From Phoronis australis (lineage: Eukaryota > Animalia > Phoronida): 64,000 nucleotides of DNA. Shown here in pieces: positions 27,901 to 38,500 of the stretch (within the stretch, counting starts at the first letter, position 1; the number at the start of each line of letters is the position of its first letter). The stretch spans positions 68,198 to 132,197 of the forward strand of contig NMRA01000598.1 in assembly GCA_002633005.1 (NCBI GenBank), read 5' to 3'. The notes beneath the pieces were generated by a model, which ran no database searches, had not been told where the DNA came from, and saw nothing but the letters and a program-made list of their open reading frames with translations. The position numbers and the translations under genes are program-made.

Positions 27901-28003
27901 TGAAGAGAGGCACAAACAGAAGTTCACGGGCAAAGTGACGCAGAACGAGAGCGACGAAGACACGGTCATTGTAACGAGAGATCTGGCCATGTTGAAAGTG
28001 TAA
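9735..28003 (+). CDS. OTUD3: OTU domain-containing deubiquitinase 3, complete spliced CDS of about 416 aa: join(9735-9943,19807-19955,20999-21111,22404-22526,24877-25050,25576-25675,26734-26960,27848-28003)
   Basis: All introns are GT-AG and phase-consistent (1251 nt total). It contains the OTU Cys loop RDIPGDG|[36 protein letters not shown], the His loop [15 protein letters not shown], a UBA-like region, the [12 protein letters not shown] motif and a Lys-rich C-terminus, all as recalled for OTUD3. Confidence 0.95.
16134..16191. repeat. 19-bp tandem repeat x3 (acggcaatcactatctgcc)
   Basis: Three adjacent units are visible. Confidence 0.85.
16320..16460. repeat. Interspersed repeat fragment; related copies at about 22935-23065 and 24305-24435 (+) and about 27350-27445 (-)
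   Basis: Shared aaaagtgt...agaaagt.tgtagaatttgattttt...tgtctttttagtaa. Confidence 0.7.
18743..19035. mobile_element. Complete 293-bp MITE with about 26-bp TIRs and TA TSD (Tc1/mariner-type)
   Basis: TA|CGGTAAAATTCTCCAATTTGGGACAG ... CTGTCCCAAACTGGAGAGTTTTTACCG|TA; internal repeat tgtcccaaattctaga x2. Confidence 0.9.
19807..19955 (+). CDS. OTUD3: OTUD3 coding exon 2 (catalytic Cys: [10 protein letters not shown]...DDIPFERH)
   Basis: Acceptor tctccacag|T, donor T|GTAAGT; OTU core motif. Confidence 0.95.
20999..21111 (+). CDS. OTUD3: OTUD3 coding exon 3 ([19 protein letters not shown]...PVWH)
   Basis: Acceptor tatttcag|TG, donor CAT|GTAAGA. Confidence 0.95.
21990..22214 (-). mobile_element. 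Degenerate tRNA-derived SINE
   Basis: Minus strand has A box TGCCCAGTGG (22210-22201) and B box GGTTCAATTCC (22166-22156), followed by TTGAGTAAGGCACTTAA and ATGAGTACC, typical of SINE central domains. Confidence 0.7.
22404..22526 (+). CDS. OTUD3: OTUD3 coding exon 4 (catalytic His: VPGTDK...GEHYSSVRK...NIKLK)
   Basis: Acceptor cctcttgcag|GTC, donor AAG|GTATGT; 123 nt. Confidence 0.95.
22675..23386 (+). repeat. Copy 1 of a 0.7-kb gap-flanking duplication (copy 2 is 24045-24743); probably allelic
   Basis: Colinear with 24045-24743, with a few percent substitutions and small indels. Confidence 0.9.
23387..23763 (+). mobile_element. Helentron-associated (HINE/DINE-1/Pearl-like) non-autonomous element, truncated by the gap
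   Basis: Inserted in a T-run. It has a 5' inverted repeat ATGCGCCCACATA..TATGTGGACGCAT (23391-23420), a (CCGT)n microsatellite (about 23436-23486), and internal tandem units of about 145 bp (catgaaatttgg at 23520 and 23666). Confidence 0.8.
23764..24044. other. Assembly gap (281 N)
   Basis: Run of n. Confidence 1.
24045..24743 (+). repeat. Copy 2 of the 0.7-kb duplication (empty-site version)
   Basis: Matches 22675-23386, then continues ccattttCATTCAC without the element. Confidence 0.9.
24877..25050 (+). CDS. OTUD3: OTUD3 coding exon 5 (ITNPEDR...ISNITGCT)
   Basis: Acceptor caatag|ATA, donor ACT|GTGAGT; 174 nt open frame ending in TGC, the start of the UBA-like region. Confidence 0.85.
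25576..25675 (+). CDS. OTUD3: OTUD3 coding exon 6 (UBA-like: [26 protein letters not shown])
   Basis: Acceptor ttacag|GAC, donor A|GTAAGT (phase 1). Confidence 0.88.
26734..26960 (+). CDS. OTUD3: OTUD3 coding exon 7 (Ser-rich; [16 protein letters not shown])
   Basis: Acceptor catttcag|AC, donor CCC|GTAAGT; 227 nt, phase 1 to 0. Confidence 0.88.
27848..28003 (+). CDS. OTUD3: OTUD3 terminal coding exon ([22 protein letters not shown]...LAMLKV*)
   Basis: Acceptor gttacag|GTA; stop TAA at 28001-28003; basic NLS-like tail. Confidence 0.92.
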   Translation, partial: VSNKKRKELAKKEKKKRAEERHKQKFTGKVTQNESDEDTVIVTRDLAMLKV

Positions 28004-31000
28004 TTTGAGGTGACGTGTCACCAACTGTCCTCCGAGTGCAATAGATACACTATGGCATAAAATGGTTGGAGCATCGCTGTTGACTTTAACTATATGCTTC
28101 TGTTATGTAGCTGGTATTATCAATAATTGTGCACGACACCATTTACAGGATTATCTTGCTTGTGTGTGGGATTAGTGACTGTATTGAGGAATTGTTAAGA
28201 ACAACTCTCCGTTAGCCTCTGCTGAAGCCATGCCTAATTTGACATGAAACAACAAACACCGAACATATTTGTTCTCAATTTTCAAGATAGTATTAACTTG
28301 TCAATTTTGACACGCAAAGTGACTGAATATGACTAATTTCCTGTGCACACTTTCAAGAACCTTGTATTGGTTGTCTCCAAAGTCTGTTGATGGTGACTGT
28401 AAGTGATTGACAGCATTATAGATCAGGGTTGTGATTACTTATTATTGTTATAATTATTATTATTTTTATGTGACCTGAGAGCATCATTGTGTTTATACAC
28501 GGTATATATCAGTTTTCCGAGAATGAAATAATTTACAGAGTAGCATGGAAACTCCTTTGTGCCAATTGCTCACCGCGTGTCATTTAAATTTCACACTCTC
28601 CAATTATTTTACCAAAAATTGGTCTTGCATTCAAAATGTCCTACTTAAAGGCCCTGTCAAGCCAGACGTGTTGTCAGAGTGTCTGAGTCTGTCTTATCAT
28701 CTTGAGCAAAATGGGCTGACGATGGGCAGAAAGAGGCAACTTAGGCCAACAAATGCTGGACACCCTCTATAAGACAGTAACTGGTGTCAGATAGTATAAC
28801 ATTGTTTCATTCTCGGTCATACTGAGAAGTAGCTTGGTGTCGTGGGGCTGTTTTCATGCATACCTCACAAATGTATAGCGTTGTTGTGATGCCACATTTT
28901 GCATTAATGTGCTGTAGGGCACAAGTAACACTAGCTAAATTAAGTACCTCATGCTCAGACCAACTTGGTCAAAGCACACAATCTTTTGAATTATAGTATT
29001 TCTTGTAGGACATTTACCTTACTTAAAAGGAATTTGTCAGAATTTCGTTGAAATTGGTCTTCAATTCCTTTGCTGAAGCGCATTTTCCAAAGTATAAGCT
29101 TGAGGAAACATTTGCAGTATGTGTACTTAAAATAAACGTTTCTTAACATTTTTCTAGGCTTTTTTTTGGCTTGTTGCAAGTCGAGTAAAATTTTGTTGCC
29201 ATGGTGACAGCCAGTGTTATCTGCCATGCTAGTGATTCGGGTATGAAACTGTTTGGATCTGTGATATTACTCTTGTTTGATGTTATATGATGTTACCACT
29301 GTTGAGATGTTTATGTTTTATATTTAATGTGAGTGCTGTGGATTCCACTCGAACACCTTGTGAGCGTGTGTGCATCGTACGTGTATATATTGCAGGTTTA
29401 GAAATTATAATTGTGAATTTGTATAATATGTACAGAATGTTTAGCTTTTCTGTGACTAAAGCATGGAGCGTGCTGTGTTACCGCCCTTAGTGCAAGTCGC
29501 TGGATGACAGTATTTTAACATATTTAACTTTTTGCATTTGTGTGAAATGGCCGATAAGTGTCCTCGTAAGCAAATGCAGTTTTCAACGTACTTATTAATG
29601 GTGTGTTGAAGACTTTTGGAGTCCAGAAATCTACAACTCCATAGTAAAACAACTTTAGCCCAAAATACTCCCTTGTATATACTTTTCTGTAGATGTATTA
29701 CAACTGTGAAAAACAAAAGTACTTTCTTGCCTCATTTTTAACAAATGCAACCTACAGAAGATATCCCATTGAAACACACACATGCCCCAACAGTTTACCC
29801 AATATTCACTAGGTGGCACTGTTAAGACAGTCTCCCTTTTTCAGAAGTCTGAATAGATCGAGAGTAGGGAGCAGTTTATTCAAATCAGTGTCAAGGTCGT
29901 GTCGTCTGCTTGAAGAGTGCCGTCCCAGATTACACTGTGACACTCAAATCTCGCTGTATTTACCCACAATGCTGCTAAATCTGTGTAGCACGTTTTTATA
30001 TTTCGTGCCACTGGTGTTCCACTTGTTCTTTATAGTCGTATTTACACGTTTTTCTCGGCTGCATTACTCTGTTTTCCTTGCAGTGCCAATCAAGTATTAT
30101 TGATGTGCTACGGACTGCAATTCTAGTGGAAGAAGGTTGGGGATAAACTTGTCAAATTCCCGTGCATCCATCGTGTTTAGTTTTTCGCCTTCCGACATAA
30201 ATCAATGACCACAAAATGCTGGGAGATTGAGGAAAGCAAGTTCATTGGATTAATTCTGAATCAATCATCATCTCCATTTTAATTCTGGTACTTTTTAAAG
30301 GTTCAGAAATCTGGAATATTTCCCATAAGCCACACACCTCGATGATTTCTGACCTTACCTGTGAAAATGTGCCAGATATTTCATAAGTAGATCGGTTAAA
30401 AGAATGCGCCTTCTTACCCATGGGACAAATGAGCTCTATCACTATGTAACCTGGGATGACCCTATTAAAATTGGAAATATAGATCAGACTTGATTAGGTC
30501 ACGTGATGTTGCCAACAGCTGCCACTTGCAATGTGACTATTGGTTTTACAGGTGGTATCGGCTTGTCCCACAATCAGATAAGTTATTTTGTGCATTACTG
30601 ATAGGTCACTGTTGGTGAAGACCATGCTCGGCACTAAAAATGACTCTCTAATTTTGGCGACTTGTTTTGAAGCTACCATATCTGTACAGGTTTCGCTTGG
30701 GTCAGCTCTGTTGATAGTGATGGCAGCCTGATGATCATATTCACTGAATGTGAACGCCGTTTAGCCTGTGTACAAGTTTGTCACGTGATCTAGTTACTCT
30801 TGCCTTATTGTTACCTCATTTTATACCAGATGTTTTGAATATACCAGCGTCTTTTACTCTGTGCGTTTTAACTTCTCACTCCATAATGGATATTTGATAA
30901 AACAATGAAGAAAATTTCATGATGCTTAAAAAGAAGTTTAAGTCCTTGTGTGTTGGAATAGCGTGTTAACTTAGTAGAATTAACCATCAAAACATTTTAA

Positions 31001-31865
31001 TTTAAAACATTTGTTTAACAACTGATGAGACTAGTAAACCTGTTGTGGGTGGTTTTTACTCTTTGGAAATTCAGATAGTGTTTAACTTAATAATCAACTT
31101 AGACTGCGTGTTTCTTAGGCCTAAGTCTCTGCACCTCGTAAAATGTTGACTTGACGCAAACTATTCTTGGAGTCAACAATACTAGATGACAATAAACAAT
31201 ACTAGCTTGCATACTTGTTTGCATCCTATATTGTCAACAATTATGCTGATGTCATTAAACATTCTCACAAAAACATACAATCGATGACGTCACAATCACA
31301 TACAAGACCATTTATGTGCACGAAGGCATTGATTTCAAAACATTTTCTTCACATCAACAGAGGACACGAGATGAGTTCGCATAGATTTCAATTGTGCCTT
31401 AAAACAGTAGTTATTCCACTGACAAGTAAAGACCTTGAGAAACAGAAAGAGAAAGAAAAAACGGAGAAGAAATGGAAGTACGTTAGTGAAGAATTGAGTA
31501 AAGACCAGTCACACAAAGGAGAGAAAAGGTCGCAAAAGGTCAGAGAAAAGAATGCAGACTGAGAGACTTGACTGGGTCAAGGATGAGGCACAGAGCAAAA
31601 ACGGATATTTATTAATCGACTTCGTTTTCACAGAACAGAAACTATCAAGGTTTCTAAATAAATGCATAAATTGTCTCCAGGTAATACAGACAAACTTTAA
31701 TTCGAACCCAGCAACTAAACACTGACCTAGCAAGACATAGTTAACCCTGGACCAAGGATTTCACCAACGCAGAATTAACTCAAAACTTGACCATAATTCA
31801 AATACAAATTTGAAAGTTTACTCGAACAGTGCTATGCAATTGGTTAATTTTCAAATAAAGTCCAG

Positions 31866-32511
31866 GGACGCGTTCCACGAAACCAACTCTAGTTCATTTT
31901 TCACTTGTTAAGTCTATGATTTGTCTAAATGCGTCAAATTTAAGACAAAACTTCCTGTACGACAAGTCAAAAACTTACAGTCAAACTTGGAATGGACTGA
32001 ACACAAATTTTAATATTATCTTAAAGATGCTATGTCTCATTAAAACCGTGAATATTTAAATTTGTAGCAAATGCCATCTTGTGACTTCCTGGAGAACTGC
32101 ATACAAGTTAGTATAGTCAGGAAAAAAACAATTTGTAAATAAAATGCTGCTTTAAAGAAAACAACTGATACACTTGAAACCAAGTTTGAATATATAGAAT
32201 ACCCTAGTAGAAATATTACGCAATCATAATTGGGTCGTGAAATAAACAAACAATAAAAACTGCCTTGTTTCATTAGGGTAATGATGACATACTGCCATAC
32301 TCATTTTCATAAAAATAGTCTCGAAAAACGAGACTTGCGAGATTGTAATCATTGTAACTGGTTCTCGGATGGTTTCCGGCACACTGGAAGACCCAGGGTT
32401 TTTTAAATTATTACTTCATTTGCATAATCACAATTTAATGAGATATAGCATCTTTAAAATTCACTAGTTAAAATTTTCTCATAGCCAAGTCAGTTTTCTT
32501 GGAATGGGCCC
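31866..32511. mobile_element. PIF/Harbinger-like MITE with CAG TSD, host of a nested insertion
   Basis: CAG|GGACGCGTTCCACGAAAC ... GTTTTCTTGGAATGGGCCC|CAG; degenerate TIR. Confidence 0.6.
32025..32453. mobile_element. Kolobok-like non-autonomous element with TTAA TSD
   Basis: TTAA|AGATGCTATGTCTCATTAAA ... TTTAATGAGATATAGCATCT|TTAA; 20-bp TIR with 1 mismatch, starting with AG. Confidence 0.8.
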
Positions 32512-34306
32512 CAGAGATTCAGAGATTATACCTGGGGCCCTGGAAAACTAATTTTATTAAAATAGTTTTTAACCACAACTTCACACACGTTGTGAGCATA
32601 CTACTACAGTGTAGATAAAACTTTGATAAAATTAAAAATGATCAACAAACATTACCCATGCATAGATGCATTGCATATTAGACTTCCTAAACTAACAGCA
32701 TCTGGGTTTCGTTCAACCACAGTTCAGAAGTCCAGTGGTAGCTAAGATGGTCGTAACCATGTTACTGCGATTTTTATAAGAGCGCAATGTTCCAATTGAC
32801 GTTAAGTTGATAACTTTGTATATTCATACGCACAGGACCGACTTCACAACCCACATTCACGAACTGTGTGCAAATTAAAACGTGCTTGGGACTGCCTTAA
32901 CTTGGACCAGACATACGAACTTTGATAAATCGGTCCCCATTCCCACAAGTTTTATCACAGGGTGAGACGAAGAACAGGAAAGTAGAATTTACAAGCTTGG
33001 AACACAATCGTGTATGTTTCAACTACTGAGCTGTCTGTGAATGACCACAGTACATGCTGAAGCACAACTTCCCAAATTGCAAGACACAATCATCAGAAAG
33101 ACATTAAATGCAGATTATGCAACATCTATTCCTACGAGAACTTTGAATCATTCATGAACAAAACAAAAACACATAGCCGTGCAAACTAATCGTCCAGAAA
33201 TTTGACATTTTCAAAAGCAAACGTCAGTGGGAGGGGGTTAAAGTCACGTATACCCTTACAGTATTCTCAAAGTTAAAGTTTTTTACAAATCATATATTAA
33301 GGGAGGAAAAAGTATTATGTAAGTTCTCTGCTGAAAAGAGTAGTTTTGCATGCTTTTGAGAATGCAAATAATTATGGACGATCAGTGAGAAGGTAAAATA
33401 ATTCATAGAGAACACAAATTGAATGATTTTTCAAAAAGTATGTATAGACCAACACAGGGCAGCACACATGCCTAGTCCAAAGAAGTCGCCTTTCTGCACA
33501 AATAAGGCAAGGCACCCAGTATTTTTACCCGTCACGGCAGTCGTCATAAAAGCAAAAAAGTGGGAATCCGTGGCAAGTTTGAAGCAAATTAGACTAATTG
33601 GTCCAACACCAACTAGGGCACACTGTTCTACACATTGTATCAAAATATCACAACATTTCCATACGCCTCATTCATACACATCACGAAACGAGATATCTGC
33701 CAAACGTGAAATTTGGAAGGGGCATTTACGGCATTTTGGAAAGAAACGGTTTTAGAGTATGTGTCTCCATAAGATATATCGGGTTTTGTTGAAAAATACC
33801 GAGTGGTCCTGCTGATTGACGACAGTTCTAATACCTCAAATTTGGAGGATATCTCGTTTTTGCAATGAAACTTCATACTATATAGGTATGCGGTATCTAG
33901 ATTAAGTTTGCTTGTCACACTGGAATTTCCTACACATGTTCTGGGTAACATAAATGGGAACACAAGACTGGCACCAAATAAAACATTTAAAGGTAATTGG
34001 AGTACGTGAAGAAAGTTTGATGTAGTGTTCACCATTATTGCATACCTTCCTAAAATAAAGACCACAAGAAAATGTTCAGTAGCGTAACACGACGCCTTTT
34101 TGATCATCCTAAGCTAAGAGAGTTGAAGCTTGCACGATCAAGACATGACGGAAATTTGTCCCTGAAAAGGCTGTGGTGAAAAAAAATCCTAAAACCAACG
34201 GGGTCACATATCAGTTCGCCAACTGAGCAACATACAATAAAAGTTGACACAAAAGGTTTTCTCGAATACAAAATGAAAAAGCAAAAGAAAATATCTGACA
34301 TTTACA

Positions 34307-34720
34307 CCTGGTTAAATGAAACAGTCTCAAATAGGGCGTCAACTAAGTTCCCTAAATCTTTTGCGTATTCGTTTGGCTCTTTACTTACAGATGTTATATT
34401 TTTCTATCATTTTATCTTTATTATAAGTTCCTCTTTGACAAATGATATTTTCTAATACTAAAATTGAAAACTGAGCCCTTAATTGAGTCATAATAATTAG
34501 AGACGTAATCCTTACATTAGGGGCATGGCATGAAAAGATCCCTTATTTTCAATAATATTGAAAATTCAACAAAGAGTTTACTCTCGATTAGTATCAAAGC
34601 CAAAAATCAACTTAAGTTTGTAATAAGACTCAAATAGCATAACAAACAACAATCACTGTTTTCACAAGATTTAGGGAACTTAGTTGAGTCCCTATTTGGG
34701 ACTGTTTCATGCAACCCAGG
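34307..34720. mobile_element. MITE with about 55-bp TIRs
   Basis: cctggttaaatgaaacagtctcaaatagggcgtcaactaagttccctaaatctt versus aagatttagggaacttagttgagtccctatttgggactgtttcatgcaacccagg. Confidence 0.85.
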
Positions 34721-35490
34721 CACAGCAGCCTAACAGTGGTAACTTGACAACAAGGTGTATCCATATAAAATACCTCACTGTCTTAAATGTTTAAGCAATT
34801 ATAATGCATGCCAGTATTGGCTAACAAAATAAACGGCATTAAGTGATAAAGCCTATTTCATTATTTCTGACATATTTTGCTATAAAAAATTTGGGATGCA
34901 TAGATGGAAACAAATGAGGAAAGTTCCTTTAAGAAAGCAGAACAGACGGAAATTTTTTTTACTAGTTTCACGTTCTCTCTAGTTCAACCAGAACTCACAA
35001 CACACCAGCTACCAATTAACATTGCACACTGTATAAACCAAGGAATCAAACGACATGAGCTCGCCAACAAGAACCACAAAAATAATCATATAAATCTGTA
35101 CAAATAAATTATTACAAACCACATCTCTCGAGATGATTCTGAACTACAAATCCCTTTTAACCTTGATCATAAAAACACAACTCCCAAGTAATAACGTTTG
35201 TAACTATCAAAAACCTGATGCCTATATTTCAAGGTAGAAAAAATGGTTTTATTTAAAATATAAAAACATTCAAGAGTACATGCATCTATTTAGGGGTAAA
35301 TAATTACATCGGAATATAAATACTATCCCAGATATATTCTTGGGTACAACGTGAACAACAATCAGAATTTTCCAGTAAAGCCCGGCAGTGTGTAGAGGCT
35401 TACAATGCCCTTTCCAGACAATGCACGCAATGGAGCAGCCGCTGAGGGTAATGTCTTCACTTGAAAGCAGTTGACAGATCCTTCCTGACA

Positions 35491-35564
35491 TCAGCTAGAG
35501 AAACCAAGCCTTGCAAGTGCCATTTGTCGTTTCAATGTCTGTATATGCCAGTAAATCTCAGTGT
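35491..35564 (-). CDS. RAB3IP: RAB3IP terminal coding exon ([24 protein letters not shown])
   Basis: Acceptor ttttttcag|AC; stop TGA at 35493-35491. Confidence 0.93.
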
Positions 35565-38500
35565 CTGAAAAAATTGTTAACAGGTATAGGCCATACAGTG
35601 AAATCTCACCAATCATGGACAAACGTAATTATTGCTTAAATAGCACTTTTTTCAAGCACTTTTAGCGTTGTTGTGAATGCTTGTAGCTATGGTAACGAAC
35701 TTGAATATGGAAAAGCTTCACCTTGGTACTATGTACGGTATCATTTAAAATAAAAAATGAGGAAATAAAATTTCACCTGTCCAGCATATTGTGTCCTATA
35801 TTAGAGTGATTTACATGAAGTTCACAAACTTCAAAAAGTTAGAGCGTCTTAAAAGTGTTTTACAACGAATTTGGCTTAAAACATTGTGTTCACTCATAAT
35901 CCTCCATTCCACAAGTCCCAAGCCAACTGTACTTTATCAAACAAATGTTAAGTTCTGGGAAAGAAACTCTCCGAAATGCCAGAACACAAGCATCAGAACA
36001 TCTCAAGCAAAATGGACCTCTGCAAGTTTTCAGTACTGCAAAACTATCCCAGGCTGTGGTTTGCAAAGGATAGCTTGGTCTCACAGTAGAAACAGTCTAT
36101 TATTTCAACATATCAGGCTAGACCTTTGGTTTAATTTTTTTCGGAGTTTTTACCACATGAGCCAAACTCTGAAAACACTACAGCAAAAAATGGTGATAAA
36201 ACAGAAACAAACCTGCATGTTTCACCAATCCTTGCTTGATGTACCTAATATAGGTAAATAGTTCACAAACAGCAGCAATCTATGGCAAAATAAGAAAAGC
36301 TCTCAACAAATGCTAACACATGCACACAATACAAGATAGCCCGCAGGACCATTTCTTTGCCAGCTATGGCCTAAGCAAGAAAATCGGGAAGTAACTCAAC
36401 TAACTAGTCTCAAACTTTCAACTGCAGCAATAAAATTTGTTTCTATCATTAAAAGGGAATGAGAGATCACATGAGTGAATGATATGAATAATCAAGGAAA
36501 CCCGGTAGCATTCATTTTTTGCGTAGAGGGTGTAGCTGGGCTTCCAAATCTGGGGCAATATTTATGCCTGGACAAAATAAAAAAATGCAAGTTACGTTAA
36601 AACTTTATACCTAGCGCTAGAATTATGCCCAATTCATACACCTATTGAAAGAAGGCCTAAAACAATTATACCTCATCTGGCAAAAGTTTACCCAAATTAT
36701 ACAGTGGTCCACGACTCCAAATATTGTTATCATGAATTCTGAGGCTGGGCAACGCACAGTGCATGAATGGGATTGGCTTATTTGACCCACCCATAAACTA
36801 AATTTAGAATACTTGTTTGTGTGGTATGGAGTGAACACAGACAAACTGTTACTCGGATTGTCACTTGAGAGCTTTGCAGAAGATCCAGAAGTTTATTTAC
36901 TAACCGGAGTGCAGAATATTATCAGATCAAAATTTATATCAAACAAAAAACAGTGATTTCCCATCCCTGGTTTATACCTATTTAATCTAAACTGACATTC
37001 TCTTAATTGATACCAAAATGGTAAAAAAGCAACCTTAATCTATAGCAAAATCATGCCAAGTGAAAGGCAATCATATTTTGCAAATATGTTTTGGGTCTCA
37101 TTAGAATGTCTTAGCAAAATAGCGGCCACTGGAGTGGTTGGAGATGTTGGAATGTTGCATTATGGGATAGAATTCACCATTTCAGCTCCAAAAGTGGAGA
37201 TTTCACACAAGTGATTCACATTTGCCCCTGGTGACATTCCATTACTTGCCAGTGCCCTCTTTGGACCATTTGAGAACAGAAACCATTTTCGATTATGATA
37301 TGTAGAAGTGTGAGACATCCTGGTATAGCAAAACAAATTGGTGGCTAATTCGCAGGTTAGTAATGGATAAACTGGTACTAAAAAATACAGTACACTGGTA
37401 CTAAAAAAATGCAGTACACTTACCCTATTCCTGACCATTTCAGAGACATCATACCAAGGTTCGACGTCACCAAACTTTATCCTGTGTTTACACATATTCT
37501 CGGTCTGTGTCACAGAGCACCGCCTGATAAAAATATTTAACCAAAAAAGTTTTATTTCAAGTTAACTATGATTACGAATAATATATAATTTCAAACATTG
37601 TCAACAGCCTGTTGCTTTCAGACACTCACAAACATAAGACATTATGTTGCTATGATCTATAGTCATGCTCCATTGTTCATATCTAACAGTAAAAGTAACT
37701 CACATCCTGAGATGAAGTAGCACAATGTGGGCCATTAAGGAATTCAAATTACTATACGGAGGTTACAATTTAGCCTACAATCTAAAAAATCCTATTAATA
37801 TTTGAATTAGATCATAAAAAATCATTTATGCCACCTGGGGTTGTTTGGACACCGAAACTTCCAGATTATTTATGAAATTAGCTTTGTTTCAAATCTCGGC
37901 TTCACAAGTCAGCAGAAGTCAGGGTGATCAGTGATAGTCATTACTTGTGATTAATACGATACAAATGCTTTAAATGAATAATAATACCACTGGACAAAGT
38001 ACAATGTTGAGAAAAATAAGTACGGTAAAATCTCACTAAATTAGGACACAACATGTACGAAAAAAATTTTGTTTCTTTTTTGACAAAAGATAAATATCAC
38101 CACATCAATGCCATTCCATGTTCAAGAACTATGCCTTAGCTGCCGTTAGACAATGTTTCCGAAAGATTGTGGATATTGACAACAATGTTACAAGCCTTTG
38201 ATAACTGAAGAAAGGCCAAATTTGCCAATTATTTTTGTCCAAAATCGGTGAGAGCTGAATTATTTCGTCTGACAAGCACACAATCAATATGCAAGAACAC
38301 ATGCCACGTCATAATACACATCACAACATGATAGTCTTAATAGCACCAAGAATGGTCACTTGCAACATTACTTTAAATAAAAAAATTGAGATAAGACTAA
38401 AAATCCGCAGCATTTTTACTGATATCATGTGGATGTTTTTGAAAGTGAACCACAACAAAAATACAACATCATTGTATAAATCTTCAGAAACACGACAGGC

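Noticed and set aside
30359-30461. Minus-strand exon-like block (taatag|...CAG|GTAAGG)
   Set aside because: Isolated, with no partner exons or homology; likely a chance match within the UTR/intergenic region.
33423-36261. 110-156-aa ORFs (33423, 33640, 35791)
   Set aside because: Composition is typical of translated UTR or intron, and they lie in the RAB3IP 3' region or antisense to its last intron.
38135-38204. Alternative RAB3IP exon (ttcttcag|LSKACNIVV...)
   Set aside because: In-frame TAA and no homology; the true exon is 38557-38636.
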